Below, piece after piece: positions 31,329 through 43,874 of a DNA stretch of 64,000 bases. Below the pieces are notes generated by a model. That model was not told where the DNA came from. It was given only the letters and a program-made list of their open reading frames with translations, and ran no database searches. The stretch's first letter is position 1, and every line of letters begins with the position of its first letter. Source of the stretch: an uncultured Actinomycetota bacterium (GTDB lineage Bacteria; Actinomycetota; Thermoleophilia; RBG-16-64-13). Made by a program: the position numbers and the translations under genes. The DNA lies in NCBI GenBank assembly GCA_963701105.1, contig OY969565.1, forward strand, positions 372,083 to 436,082. The letters run 5' to 3'.

Positions 31329-31614
31329 GCGGGTTCCTTTCACTGAGCGGAGCGTCATGTGTGACATACGCCGCGGTCGTTCGTGTGCCGAGATTGTATC
31401 GCGTGGCCTCCGGGGTTGCAGGCCTCCCTGTCACGGCCACCTCACGCGCGCGGTCCCGGCCGCAGCGCACGGGGTCACAAGCCTTCAAGCAGCCTCAGTT
31501 TTCCGGCCGTGGTATCCTCCTGACTTCTTGCGCTCTCTTCGTGCGCATTTTGTCGTCATCAGTGCTTATCGGTCGCCCGCTGTGCGGGCGTCGGGTCGAA
31601 TGAAGGAGTCATCG

Positions 31615-32415
31615 ATGGCTGGGCTGCTCGAGGGTAGGCGGGGCCTCATCATGGGAGTGGCCAACGAGCGGAGCATCGCCTGGGGTATCGCCCAAGCGGC
31701 GAAGCGGGAAGGGGCCGAGCTCGCGTTCACGTTCGCCGGAGAGATACTGGAGAAACGCGTTCGCCCGTTGGCGGCGCAATTGGGCTCGGACTTCGTGGTC
31801 CCCTGCGACGTCCAGGTGGATCAGGACATCGAGTCGGTGTTCGAGGCCATCGGCACCCGGTGGGGGTCCCTCGACTTCTTCGTGCACTCCGTGGCCTTCG
31901 CCAACCGCGAGGACCTCAAAGGCGAGTTCTTGGACACCCCCCGCGACGGCTTTCGCCTGGCTCTTGATGTGTCGGTGTATTCGCTGGTGGCTTCCGTCCG
32001 GGCGGCACTGCCCTACATGAAGCCGGGCGGCAGTATCCTCACCATGACCTATCTGGGCGGGGAGCGCACCATACCCCACTACAACGTGATGGGGGTGGCC
32101 AAGGCCGCGCTCGAGTGCGCGGTGCGCTACCTGGCCGCCGACTTGGGCCCGCGCGGGATCCGGGTGAACGCCATCTCGGCCGGGCCCGTGCGTACGCTGG
32201 CCGCTGCCGGCATCGGAGATTTCCGCAAGATCCTCGATTGGTATGAGCGTAACGCTCCGTTACGCAAAGCCACCACTCCCGAGGAGGTGGGTGACGCGGC
32301 ACTCATGCTCTTGGGCGACCTGGGGCGGGCCACCACCGGTGAGGTGATCCACGTCGACGGTGGCTACCACGCTGTGGGCGTGCCTCCCGCCGTCGAGGAA
32401 GAGAACGAGGCGTAG
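31615..32415 (+). CDS. fabI: enoyl-[acyl-carrier-protein] reductase (NADH)
   Basis: GLLEGRRGLIMGVANERSIAWGIA..., catalytic Y...K (YNVMGVAKAALE) and the SAGP...T.A motif. AAGGAG RBS. Confidence 0.9.
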   Translation: MAGLLEGRRGLIMGVANERSIAWGIAQAAKREGAELAFTFAGEILEKRVRPLAAQLGSDFVVPCDVQVDQDIESVFEAIGTRWGSLDFFVHSVAFANREDLKGEFLDTPRDGFRLALDVSVYSLVASVRAALPYMKPGGSILTMTYLGGERTIPHYNVMGVAKAALECAVRYLAADLGPRGIRVNAISAGPVRTLAAAGIGDFRKILDWYERNAPLRKATTPEEVGDAALMLLGDLGRATTGEVIHVDGGYHAVGVPPAVEEENEA

Positions 32416-32463
32416 CGCCGCTTCGATGAGGGCGGTCCGGATCGTCGGATCGGGTGGTTGACC

Positions 32464-34326
32464 ATGGACGTATCCGAGCTCGAACGCCAGATCAAGGAAG
32501 CTCCCGATCTGCCGGGCGTGTACCTTTTCCGCGACGGTGAAGGCACGGTCCTCTACGTGGGCAAGGCCCTGTCACTGCGCAGACGCTTGGCCGGCTACGC
32601 GCCCGCGGTGAGGGAGGATGTCCGAGTCCCGGTGAAGGTGGGGGAGATGGGGCGCCGGGCGGAGTCGGTGGAGTGGATCGTCACCTCTTCGGACGCCGAG
32701 GCACTCCTTCTGGAGCACAACCTCATCAAGCGCCACCGGCCCGCTTTCAACATCCGCCTGCGGGACGACAAATCGTATCCCTACGTCGTGATCACGATGG
32801 CCGAGGAGTTCCCGCGCGTGATGTTCACGCGCCAACCCCACCGGCGCGGCAATCTGTATTTCGGGCCGTACGGCAGCGCAGCCAAAGTACGCGAGACTCT
32901 TGATGCCCTGGGGCGCATCTTCCCCTTCCGTAAGTGCCGGGGCCCCCAACCGGGGCGGCACACCGGTTCTCCCTGCCTGCAGTTCCACATCAAGCGCTGC
33001 AACGCGCCGTGCGTCGGCGGTGTGTCGGCGGACGAGTACCGGCAGGTGGTGAGCCGGGTCGCGGATTTCCTAGCCGGGCGCCACAATCAGACCGTGGCCG
33101 CGATGGAGGCCGAGATGAAGGTCGCGGCGAGAGACCGCGATTTCGAGAAGGCGGCGCTGCTGCGCGACCGCCTGGAGGCGCTCCGCCACATCCTGGAGCG
33201 GCAGCAGGTGAAGGGAGCGGTACAGGGGGCGGTAGATATCATAGGGCTGGCGCGGGACGAGAGCGCGGCCAACGTGCAGGTGTTCCTCACACGGGACGGT
33301 CTGCTCTCCGACCGGCGGGCCTTCACCCTGGTCGGGGTCGAAGGGGCGTCCGACAGGGAGGTACTGGAGCGCTTCGTGGGCGAGTACTACTCCACTGCCG
33401 TCTTGGTGCCACCGGAGATCGTGGTGCCGCACGTCTCCGCCGACCTCGATAGTCTCTCGGTGTTCCTCGAGGAGCTGCGGGGCACGCGCGTGCACGTGCG
33501 GCAGGCGGAGCGCGGAGACAAGCGCCGCCTCCAAGAACTGGCCGACCGCAACGCGTCCCTGGCTTTGGAGCACGAGCGGCTGCGCAGCGCGCGCAGCCGC
33601 GAGCGGCGCCTGGGCGGGCTGTCGGCTCTGCAGCACAGTCTGGACCTCGAGAGTCCCCCCATCCGCATCGAGGGTTACGACATCTCGAACCTGGGATCGG
33701 AGCACATCGTCGCTTCGATGGTGGTCTTCGAGGGGGGCGCGCCCAAGAAGTCCGACTATCGCAAGTTCTCCATACGAGGGCAGAGCGGCCAGGACGATTT
33801 CGGGGCCATCCACGAGGCAGTCGGGCGCCGATTTGCGAGGAAGACCGACCCCGACGCGGCCGAAGCGTACGATCCCTCCTTCGAGGCCGTTCCCGATCTG
33901 ATACTCATCGACGGCGGCAAGGGTCAGTTGGCGGCCGCGCTGGAGGCGCTGGAGGAGGCGGGTCTCGACGACGTCGTTCCCGTGATCTCCCTGGCCAAGA
34001 GAGAGGAGGAGGTGTACGTGCCCGGTCGCAGCGCTCCCTTGGACCTGGCCCCCGACGATCTCGGCCTCCTGCTGTTGCGGCGCGTGCGCGACGAGGCTCA
34101 CCGCTTTGCCGTGGGGTTCCACCGGGCGCGGCGCGGAGCCCGCGCCACCGACTCGTTCCTCGACGGCCTCCCCGGGGTGGGAGAGAAAAGGAAGCGCTCC
34201 ATCCTCAGCCATTTCGGCTCTCCCGAGCGCTTCCTGCAGGCGAGCAGCGAGGAGTTGGAGGCAGTGCCCGGCCTTCCCGGCAAGGTGGCCCGTTCGATCT
34301 ACGCCTACGTGCACAAGAACGGGTAG
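32464..34326 (+). CDS. uvrC: excinuclease ABC subunit C
   Basis: GIY-YIG N-terminus (PGVYLFRDGEGTVLYVGKA), UVR domain, RNase H-like and HhH C-terminus. Confidence 0.95.
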   Translation: MDVSELERQIKEAPDLPGVYLFRDGEGTVLYVGKALSLRRRLAGYAPAVREDVRVPVKVGEMGRRAESVEWIVTSSDAEALLLEHNLIKRHRPAFNIRLRDDKSYPYVVITMAEEFPRVMFTRQPHRRGNLYFGPYGSAAKVRETLDALGRIFPFRKCRGPQPGRHTGSPCLQFHIKRCNAPCVGGVSADEYRQVVSRVADFLAGRHNQTVAAMEAEMKVAARDRDFEKAALLRDRLEALRHILERQQVKGAVQGAVDIIGLARDESAANVQVFLTRDGLLSDRRAFTLVGVEGASDREVLERFVGEYYSTAVLVPPEIVVPHVSADLDSLSVFLEELRGTRVHVRQAERGDKRRLQELADRNASLALEHERLRSARSRERRLGGLSALQHSLDLESPPIRIEGYDISNLGSEHIVASMVVFEGGAPKKSDYRKFSIRGQSGQDDFGAIHEAVGRRFARKTDPDAAEAYDPSFEAVPDLILIDGGKGQLAAALEALEEAGLDDVVPVISLAKREEEVYVPGRSAPLDLAPDDLGLLLLRRVRDEAHRFAVGFHRARRGARATDSFLDGLPGVGEKRKRSILSHFGSPERFLQASSEELEAVPGLPGKVARSIYAYVHKNG

Positions 34327-34351
34327 ACTGAAGAGTGCGGAGGTGGTTGAG

Positions 34352-34927
34352 ATGAGAAGCGAAGCGACATTCGAGACGCCCTGGGGCCGGGGGAGAGTCG
34401 CGGCCGAAGCCGGACGCCTGGTCGAGGTGCTACTGCCGCGGGTCGAGGTCAGCCCGTCGTTCTCCGAGCCGACTGTACCAGCCGGCGAGGCTCGCTCCGG
34501 CGAGGCCCGCCCCGGCGACGATCGCCCCGGCGACACGACCGGTATCTCGATCACCGGCAGTGACGAGCCGTCGGACGAGGCGCTGCGCTGGGCCCAGGAA
34601 CTAACTGACTACTTCAGCGGTCTACGCCGCGGGTGGAGCGGCGAGGAGATCGGACTCGATTCCTTCGGGTTCACGCCCTTCCGCAACGCGGTCTATCGGG
34701 CTCTTCTGGACGTCCCAGCCGGCTCCACCATCACCTACGGGGAGCTGGCCCACGCGGCCGGCCGGCCCGGAGCTGCCCGCGCCGTAGGGTCGGCCATGGC
34801 TGAGAACCCGATCGCGATCGTCATCCCCTGTCACCGGGTGGTGCGTAACGACGGCTCTCTGGGACACTATGGTTTCGGCGACCCCTGGAAGCGCTTCCTT
34901 CTGCAACTGGAGGGTGCGCGCGGGTGA
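34352..34927 (+). CDS. ogt: methylated-DNA--protein-cysteine methyltransferase (Ogt/MGMT) with extended Pro/Gly/Ser-rich N-terminal region
   Basis: C-terminal TYGELA...NPIAIVIPCHRVV...G.YG is the PCHR active site. Confidence 0.85.
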   Translation: MRSEATFETPWGRGRVAAEAGRLVEVLLPRVEVSPSFSEPTVPAGEARSGEARPGDDRPGDTTGISITGSDEPSDEALRWAQELTDYFSGLRRGWSGEEIGLDSFGFTPFRNAVYRALLDVPAGSTITYGELAHAAGRPGAARAVGSAMAENPIAIVIPCHRVVRNDGSLGHYGFGDPWKRFLLQLEGARG

Positions 34928-35802
34928 CGCTCAACGATCTTCACCTCACCATCATCACCGGGCTCTCGGGGGCGGGGAAGTCCCAGGCCGTAGCCACTTT
35001 CGAGGACATGGGCTTCTTCTGCATCGACAACCTACCCCCTCAGATGCTGGCGGGGGTGTTCGAACTGTTCTCGCTCGAAGGCAGTCGGGTCGACCGGCTG
35101 GCCGTGGTCTTCGACGTGCGCGGCGCTGAGTATTTCGACGAACTGGTGGAGATCCTGGACGATCTGGCCGAGCGTGGCGCCCACTGTCGCATCCTCTTCC
35201 TGGAAGCGTCCGATGAGGCACTGGTCGCCCGTTATCAATCCACGCGCAGACCCCATCCCGTCGCCCACGAAGGTCCTCTGCTCGCCGGCATCCAGGAAGA
35301 GCGGCGACTCCTCATGCCGCTGCGCGACAGGGCAGACGTCGTCGTGGACACCACGGAACTGAACGTGCATGAGTTGCGCCGCCGTCTGCAGGAGACCCTC
35401 TTTGCAGACGAGTTGAGCAATGAGATCCTGGTGACCTTCCTCTCTTTCGGCTTCAAGTTCGGATTGCCCACCGAGGCGGACATGGTGTTCGACGTTCGTT
35501 TCCTGCCGAATCCGCACTGGGTGGCCGAACTGAGGCCTCTCACCGGGCTCGACGACGAGGTCCGCGACTTCGTGGTCGCGAGACCGGAGTCGCACGGTTT
35601 CATCGAGCGGGCTCTGTCCTTGCTCCGTTACTTGGTCCCTCTCTACCTGGCTGAGCAGAAGACGCAGTTGGTGGTGGCTATCGGCTGCACCGGAGGTCGG
35701 CATCGCTCGGTGGCTCTGGCCGAGGCCCTGGCCGCCTCTCTGGCCAAAGACCCGCAGGTGCAGACCGGCGTGCGTCACCGGGACGTCGGGCGTTCGGGGT
35801 GA
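34924..35802 (+). CDS. rapZ: RNase adapter protein RapZ (P-loop NTPase YvcJ family)
   Basis: LTIITGLSGAGKSQA...FCIDNLPP; the C-terminal GCTGGRHRSV is the RapZ signature. GTGA overlap with ogt. Confidence 0.9.
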   Translation: MTLNDLHLTIITGLSGAGKSQAVATFEDMGFFCIDNLPPQMLAGVFELFSLEGSRVDRLAVVFDVRGAEYFDELVEILDDLAERGAHCRILFLEASDEALVARYQSTRRPHPVAHEGPLLAGIQEERRLLMPLRDRADVVVDTTELNVHELRRRLQETLFADELSNEILVTFLSFGFKFGLPTEADMVFDVRFLPNPHWVAELRPLTGLDDEVRDFVVARPESHGFIERALSLLRYLVPLYLAEQKTQLVVAIGCTGGRHRSVALAEALAASLAKDPQVQTGVRHRDVGRSG

Positions 35803-35836
35803 GGCAGATGGAGGAAGGCAGAGGCTCGTCGGCCTC

Positions 35837-36856
35837 GTGAGTCCCGTGAGCCCCGTGAACGTCCCTAGCGTGGATCGGAGTGCTCCGCGTGTGGTCGCCC
35901 TGGGCGGGGGCACCGGCCTCTCGACGTTGCTGCGGGGCCTGAAGCAGCTCACGCCGCACATCACGGCCATCGTCACGGTCGCGGATGACGGTGGATCGTC
36001 GGGTCGGCTGCGCGCCGATCTGGGAGTGCCGCCTCCCGGCGACATCAAAGAGTGCCTCTTGGCTCTCGCCGATGACGAGTCACTTCTGAGCGCCGTGTTC
36101 TCCCATCGCTTCGCAGCGGGAGAGCTGGCGGGACACACCCTTGGCAATCTGTTCCTGGCGGCTCTCACCGAGGTGCTCGGAGATTTCGACAAAGCCGTGA
36201 AGGAGTCGAGCAAGGTCTTGGCTATCACGGGCACGGTCCTGCCCAGCACGACCGCCGACGTGCGACTCCATGCAGTCCTGAGCGACGGCCGCCACCTGGC
36301 GGGCGAATCGAGCATCGGGAGTTCCCCGGTGTCGGTGAGGCGCGTGTGGCTGGAACCGGGCGACTCTCACGCCCTGCCCCTGGCCTTGGCGCGCATCGCG
36401 GAGGCCGACCTCGTTGTCCTGGGGCCGGGCAGCCTCTTCACCAGCGTCATGCCGAACATCCTGGTGGGCGGCATGCGCGAAGCACTGGCGGCGACGGAGG
36501 CGCTGGTGGTGTACGTGGCCAACCTCATGACGCAGCCCGGTGAGACCGTCGCCTTCAGCGGACCCGATCACTTGAGGGCGCTCGTCGACCATCTCGGCGA
36601 GGGTGTAGTCGATGCGGTGCTCGTCAATTCCGCTCCCGTACCCGACTGGGCTCTCGAGCGGTACGGCGATACCGGCGCCGAACCGGTGGTGTGGCCTCCA
36701 TCCTCCGCGGTCGGTGACGACCGTGCAGGGCCCGAGATGATTCAAGGAGTCGCCCTCGTGCGGCGAGACCTCCTCCGGGTGTCGGGCCACGTGCGCCACG
36801 ATCCAGCAGCTCTGGCAGGTGAGATCCTCGGGCTCTGCCGCGTGAGTGCACGGTGA
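35837..36856 (+). CDS. yvcK: gluconeogenesis factor YvcK/CuvA (UPF0052, CofD-like)
   Basis: VVALGGGTGLSTLLRGLK...TVADDGGSSGRLR. Confidence 0.9.
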   Translation: MSPVSPVNVPSVDRSAPRVVALGGGTGLSTLLRGLKQLTPHITAIVTVADDGGSSGRLRADLGVPPPGDIKECLLALADDESLLSAVFSHRFAAGELAGHTLGNLFLAALTEVLGDFDKAVKESSKVLAITGTVLPSTTADVRLHAVLSDGRHLAGESSIGSSPVSVRRVWLEPGDSHALPLALARIAEADLVVLGPGSLFTSVMPNILVGGMREALAATEALVVYVANLMTQPGETVAFSGPDHLRALVDHLGEGVVDAVLVNSAPVPDWALERYGDTGAEPVVWPPSSAVGDDRAGPEMIQGVALVRRDLLRVSGHVRHDPAALAGEILGLCRVSAR

Positions 36857-36897
36857 GGGCCGATGAGCGCGCATAGTGAGTGTCCGGTGAGCGCCCG

Positions 36898-39065
<2,168 letters not shown>

Positions 39066-39075
39066 GAGCTGGCTC

Positions 39076-40260
39076 ATGTTGAAGCGCACTGTTCGCGACG
39101 TCGATGTGGCCGGAAAACGGGTCATGGTGCGCGTGGATTTCAACGTGCCGCTGGCAGACGGGGAGGTGGTCGACGATACGCGCATCGTGGCGACGCTCCC
39201 CACCATCGAGTATCTACGCGAGCGGGGGGCACGGGTGATCTTGGTGTCGCACCTGGGTCGGCCGGAGAAAGGCTCTCGAGCCGATTTCGTGCTCGACCCC
39301 GTGGCGACGCACCTCGCTCGTCTGTTGAAGGTCCCCGTGCGCAAGATGGACGCGCTCTCGGGTCCCTCGGTGGAGGAGGCGGTGGAGCTCATGGAACCGG
39401 GCGACGTGATCCTCCTCGAGAACTCTCGCTTCGACCCGCGCGAGAAGGCCAACGACCCACAGCTCGCTGAGGAACTCGCCAGGCTTGCCGACGTCTTCGT
39501 GAACGACGCCTTCGGCGCCTGTCATCGGGCTCATGCAACGACAGTAGGAGTACCGGCCCTCATCCCGGGCGTGGCCGGTCTCCTGTTGGAGAAAGAACTG
39601 GAGATGCTCGGCTCCCTGCTCACTTCGCCCAGTCGACCGTTCGTGGTGGTGCTTGGCGGCTCGAAGGTGAGCGACAAGATCGGCGTGATCGAGCGCTTCC
39701 TTGACCTCGCCGACGCCGTCCTGGTGGGCGGCGCCATGTGCTTCACCTTCTTCAAGGCGCAGGGTATCGGGGTAGCCGCCTCGCGCGTCGAAGGTGAGGA
39801 CGGCATCGCGCTCGCCCGCCGGCTCCTCGACAAAGCGGGCGGCGTCGCCTGCGACCTGGTGTTACCCACAGATATCGTGGCGGCCGACGCCTTCGCCGAA
39901 GACGCCGCGACCCGAGTGGTAGCGGTGGACGCCATCCCCGAGGGTTGGATGGGGCTTGACATCGGCCCCGAGACCGCCGCGTCGTACGCGGAGCGGGTGT
40001 CGTCCGCGGGTGAGGTGTTCTGGAACGGACCCATGGGCGTGTTCGAGATGCAACCGTTCGCCCACGGGACGGAGGCTATCGCGCGCGCCATGGCGGCCTG
40101 CGACGGTGTCACCGTGGTGGGCGGCGGCGATTCCGTGGCGGCCCTCCGGGCCCTCGGACTCGAAGACCGCATGGATCACGTCTCCACAGGAGGGGGCGCG
40201 TCGCTGGAGTTCGTCGAGGGGCGAGAACTGCCGGGCGTGTCGGCATTGATGGACCGCTAG
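39076..40260 (+). CDS. pgk: phosphoglycerate kinase
   Basis: Typical Pgk N- and C-lobes (RVDFNVP...; GGGAS..FVEG). Confidence 0.95.
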   Translation: MLKRTVRDVDVAGKRVMVRVDFNVPLADGEVVDDTRIVATLPTIEYLRERGARVILVSHLGRPEKGSRADFVLDPVATHLARLLKVPVRKMDALSGPSVEEAVELMEPGDVILLENSRFDPREKANDPQLAEELARLADVFVNDAFGACHRAHATTVGVPALIPGVAGLLLEKELEMLGSLLTSPSRPFVVVLGGSKVSDKIGVIERFLDLADAVLVGGAMCFTFFKAQGIGVAASRVEGEDGIALARRLLDKAGGVACDLVLPTDIVAADAFAEDAATRVVAVDAIPEGWMGLDIGPETAASYAERVSSAGEVFWNGPMGVFEMQPFAHGTEAIARAMAACDGVTVVGGGDSVAALRALGLEDRMDHVSTGGGASLEFVEGRELPGVSALMDR

Positions 40261-40303
40261 ATAGCCGCCGAACAGGCAGGCACTACTCTCAGGAGGCACG
40301 CGA

Positions 40304-41065
40304 ATGAGCCGACGAATCCCGATCATGGCCGGGAACTGGAAGATGTACAAGACTCCCGCCGAAGGATCGGTCTTTGTTGAGGCGCTCGCGGTTCGCCTGG
40401 GCGCGCTCCAGGGTGTCGAGGTGATCGTGGCGCCGCCGTTCACCGGTTTGGCCGCCGCCACCGCGGCGGCGGCGGGCACGGCCATCTCCGTGTCGGCGCA
40501 GAACGTCTTCTGGGAGAACGAGGGCGCCTACACGGGCGAAGTCGCGCCGGGTATGTTGACCGACCTCGGTGTGAGGTGGGTGATCGTAGGGCATTCCGAG
40601 CGTCGGCAGCTCTTCAGCGAGACCGATCAGGGCGTGGCCCGCAAGGTTCGCGCCGCCGTCGATCACGGGCTCAAGGTCATCCTGTGCGTCGGAGAGACGG
40701 AGCAGGAACGCGACGAAGGTCTCACAGAGGAACGCCTGGTGAGCCAGGTGACAAAAGGCTTGGCCGACCTCGACCCGGGCGCCGCCTCGTCGATCACCAT
40801 CGCCTACGAGCCCGTGTGGGCCATCGGCACCGGGCGAACGGCCACTCCGGACATCGCCCAGGAGGCATGCGCCCTCATCCGGAAACGCCTCACGGAACTC
40901 CTCGGCGCGGAGGCGGCCCAGGCCACCCGCATTTTGTATGGGGGCAGTGTCAAGCCCAACAACGTGGCCGACCTCATGGCCAAGCCGGATATCGACGGAG
41001 GCCTCGTAGGCGGGGCCAGTCTTGACGCGGAGTCCTTCGCTACTCTCGTCGAAGCCGCGAGGTGA
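40304..41065 (+). CDS. tpiA: triosephosphate isomerase
   Basis: IMAGNWKM, AYEPVWAIGTG, GGS.KP.N. Confidence 0.95.
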   Translation: MSRRIPIMAGNWKMYKTPAEGSVFVEALAVRLGALQGVEVIVAPPFTGLAAATAAAAGTAISVSAQNVFWENEGAYTGEVAPGMLTDLGVRWVIVGHSERRQLFSETDQGVARKVRAAVDHGLKVILCVGETEQERDEGLTEERLVSQVTKGLADLDPGAASSITIAYEPVWAIGTGRTATPDIAQEACALIRKRLTELLGAEAAQATRILYGGSVKPNNVADLMAKPDIDGGLVGGASLDAESFATLVEAAR

Positions 41066-42597
41066 AGGCCCTGCGGCCCGTTGCTCTCATCATCCTCGAC
41101 GGCTGGGGATACGCTGAGCCCGGTCCCGGCAACGCCGCTGCCCTGGCGCGCACTTCGACGATCGACGGGTTGCTCGAGCGTTACCCTTGGGTGTTACTCG
41201 AAGCCAGCGGTCACGCGGTCGGTCTTCCCGACGGCGTGATGGGCAATTCTGAGGTGGGCCATCTGGCGCTCGGTTCGGGACGCGTGGTGTGCCAAGACCT
41301 GTCACGCATCAACACTGCCATTGAAGATGGTTCCTTCTTCGCCAACCCCGTCCTGGCACCGGCGATGGCGGACGCCGCCGAGCGCGGGGCGGCCATCCAT
41401 CTGATGGGGTTGCTTTCAGACGGCGGAGTCCACTCCGCGATCGAACACATCCGCGCGCTGGTAGAGATGGCGCAACGCGCGGGCGCAGCCAAGGTGTTCG
41501 TACATGCGTTCATGGACGGTCGGGACACCGCACCTCATGCGGGAGAGGGGTTCCTCGTAGATCTGGAGGGGTTCCTGCGGACCGCAGGTCTGGGAGCCGT
41601 AGCCACGATCGTTGGGCGCTACTACGCGATGGATCGCGACAACAGGTGGGAGCGCGTCAAGATGGCTTACGACGCTCTGGTGCACGGAACCGCGTCTCGC
41701 GCACCCGACAGTCACGCAGCGATCACCGCCTCGTACGCAGCGGGAGTCACCGATGAGTTCGTCGATCCGGTCCTCATCGGCGATGATGCCGATTCCCGCG
41801 TCCATGACGGAGACGTGGTGGTCTTCTTCAACTTCCGTCCGGACCGCACGCGGGAACTCACCCGTGCCTTCATCGAACCAGACTTCCAGGGCTTCGACCG
41901 GGGCGGCCCGCCGCCTGAGGTCCAGTTCATCGGGATGACCGAATACGACTCGTCGTTCGACATCCCCGTGGCCTTCCCTGACGTGTCGCCTGTGAACACG
42001 CTGGCCCAAGTATTGAGCGAAGCGGGCCTCCGTCAGTTGCATATCGCCGAGACGGAGAAGTACGCCCACGTCACCTTCTTCTTCAACGGAGGCCGGGACG
42101 AGCCGTTCCCGGGTGAACTGCGCCGGCTCATCCCGTCGCCGCAGGACGTGGAGACCTACGACCAGCGACCGGCCATGAGCGCGTACCGCGTGGCCGAGGT
42201 CTTCGGACAGACCTTCAGGCAGGAGAAGCTGGATTTCACCGTCCTCAACTTCGCCAACCCCGACATGGTGGCGCACACCGGTAATCTGGAGGCCACGGTC
42301 GAGGCTCTTGAGGCCGTGGATGAGTGCCTGGCGAGCGTGCTCGACGTCCTAGCAGAGAAAGACGCCCACGTCCTTGTGACCGCAGACCACGGCAACTGCG
42401 AGTTCATGCTCTATCCAGACGGGTCGATGAACACCGCTCACACCACCAACCCCGTCCGTTTGGTGTACCTTGAGGAGGGGTGCCTATTGCGCTCCGGTGC
42501 CGGATTGGCCGACGTCGCACCTACGGTGCTGCGCCTGCTCGGCTTGGATCCGCCTAAAGAGATGACAGGGAGAGACCTGTGCGAGGGGCGGGCGTGA
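41062..42597 (+). CDS. gpmI: 2,3-bisphosphoglycerate-independent phosphoglycerate mutase
   Basis: 511 aa, PVALIILDGWGY...NSEVGHL...; GTGA overlap with tpiA. Confidence 0.92.
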   Translation: MKALRPVALIILDGWGYAEPGPGNAAALARTSTIDGLLERYPWVLLEASGHAVGLPDGVMGNSEVGHLALGSGRVVCQDLSRINTAIEDGSFFANPVLAPAMADAAERGAAIHLMGLLSDGGVHSAIEHIRALVEMAQRAGAAKVFVHAFMDGRDTAPHAGEGFLVDLEGFLRTAGLGAVATIVGRYYAMDRDNRWERVKMAYDALVHGTASRAPDSHAAITASYAAGVTDEFVDPVLIGDDADSRVHDGDVVVFFNFRPDRTRELTRAFIEPDFQGFDRGGPPPEVQFIGMTEYDSSFDIPVAFPDVSPVNTLAQVLSEAGLRQLHIAETEKYAHVTFFFNGGRDEPFPGELRRLIPSPQDVETYDQRPAMSAYRVAEVFGQTFRQEKLDFTVLNFANPDMVAHTGNLEATVEALEAVDECLASVLDVLAEKDAHVLVTADHGNCEFMLYPDGSMNTAHTTNPVRLVYLEEGCLLRSGAGLADVAPTVLRLLGLDPPKEMTGRDLCEGRA

Positions 42598-42676
42598 CCC
42601 TCACGGCAGGTTTGTTCGGCCCCTAACTTCCGCGAACTGTGATCGTCTGACAGTTCAGAAGGGGAAGAGACGCACA

Positions 42677-43234
42677 TTGGAGCAACCGTCGCCCAAGGTA
42701 GTCCGCAGAGCGGCTGAAGGCGAGGAGTCGGCGCTCGATTCTCTCGTCCGTTCGTATTACGGCCCCATCCAGGGATACCTGGAACGTATCGTGGGCGATA
42801 CATCGGACGCTCAGGATCTGGCGCAAGAAGTCTTCCTGCGCATGGCACGTGGACTTCCAAGCTTCGAGGGTAAGGCCAAGTTCACTACGTGGCTCTTTCA
42901 GATCGCGAAGAACCTTGGCATCGATCATCTTCGCAAGAGGGAGATCGAGTGGGATCCGCTGTATCGGGTACCTGAGAAAGACGTCCCTGAGGTGGTCCAC
43001 GAGCATGGGTTCGAGGAGCACGAACTGCTGTGGGACTGCATCGGGCGTTTGGATGTCGATCTCCAGTCGGCCATCGTGTTGCGTGATGTGTACGGGTTCA
43101 GCTACAAGGAGATAGCTGAGATCGTCGGCGCGACCTTGGCCACGGTCAAATGGCGGATATATCAGGCACGGGAACAGGTACATTCGGCCTACAAGGCGGC
43201 GGACGGTTCGGGGGCGGTCACGCGAAAGGTGTGA
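42677..43234 (+). CDS. ECF (group 4) sigma-70 family RNA polymerase sigma factor
   Basis: Region 2 (LVRSYYGPIQGYLERIVGD...DLAQEVFLRM) and region 4 (VLRDVYGFSYKEIAEIVGATLATVKWRIYQAR). Putative TTG start. Confidence 0.8.
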   Translation: MEQPSPKVVRRAAEGEESALDSLVRSYYGPIQGYLERIVGDTSDAQDLAQEVFLRMARGLPSFEGKAKFTTWLFQIAKNLGIDHLRKREIEWDPLYRVPEKDVPEVVHEHGFEEHELLWDCIGRLDVDLQSAIVLRDVYGFSYKEIAEIVGATLATVKWRIYQAREQVHSAYKAADGSGAVTRKV

Positions 43235-43241
43235 GGCGCAG

Positions 43242-43874
43242 GTGCGACGGAGACTCACAGATGGGGGGCGCGAGGTTCGCGGAACAGGTGGTGATCCTCC
43301 CTGCCTAGACGTACGCCCCCTGTTGTCCTCGCTCGTGGACGGGGAGGGGGACGACCTGCAGCGGGCGCGCGTCCATCGCCACCTCCGTCACTGCCCCCGC
43401 TGTCGCGAATTCGAGAGCTTCCTTCGCGGATCGGGGCGCATGCTGCGCGAGAGGTCGAGCGCGTTCGACCGCGCCGTCGTGCCTTCCACGCTGTCGGTGC
43501 CCGCTCTCGCATGCGAGGCGCGCGCGGCCGGCGGGCGCCGGCCCGCGGAGCGCCGTGCACCCTGGCGCTCCAGCCTCGTATCCGTGGCTGTGGCGGCGGC
43601 CCTCTCCCTGGGAGTGCTGATCGGCGGCGTGGGTGTGTGGACGCTGAGTCAAGGAGAACCTTCGGAGGTGGCCGCAGGGGAGGGGTCCCCTGCGCTGCCC
43701 CGGGTAGTGGCCCCGCGTACGCTCGACCCGGGTGCCACGGTTGAAGACCAATCGATACTTACCGCATGGCTCCCTCCACGCAGCCATGAGAACACGTTCG
43801 ATGAGAAACCCATGTACTGGGCTACGCCTATGTCAGAGTTCGCGCGGCTGCACTACAGTCCGGAGCAATTGTAG
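43242..43874 (+). CDS. putative anti-sigma factor (zf-HC2 HxxxCxxC, single TM)
   Basis: HRHLRHCPRCREF zinc-finger motif 8 nt after the sigma stop. One TM helix (SLVSVAVAAALSLGVLIGGVGVW) and an extracytoplasmic C-domain. Confidence 0.6.
   Translation: MRRRLTDGGREVRGTGGDPPCLDVRPLLSSLVDGEGDDLQRARVHRHLRHCPRCREFESFLRGSGRMLRERSSAFDRAVVPSTLSVPALACEARAAGGRRPAERRAPWRSSLVSVAVAAALSLGVLIGGVGVWTLSQGEPSEVAAGEGSPALPRVVAPRTLDPGATVEDQSILTAWLPPRSHENTFDEKPMYWATPMSEFARLHYSPEQL

Noticed and set aside
31320-31562. Apparent 1-nt discrepancies between my base counting of the printed sequence and the ORF-track coordinates, near the line breaks at 31321 and 31561
   Set aside because: Most likely my own reading slip at line boundaries. 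All CDS coordinates were anchored to the ORF track by codon arithmetic instead. Non-CDS coordinates carry a 1-2 nt uncertainty.
31099-31614. 438-aa ORF as a long FabI with an N-terminal extension; also the 31361..31603 ORF
   Set aside because: The N-terminal 172 codons are antisense to the M42 peptidase gene and its promoter. The FabI homology starts at the internal ATG, which has an AAGGAG RBS.
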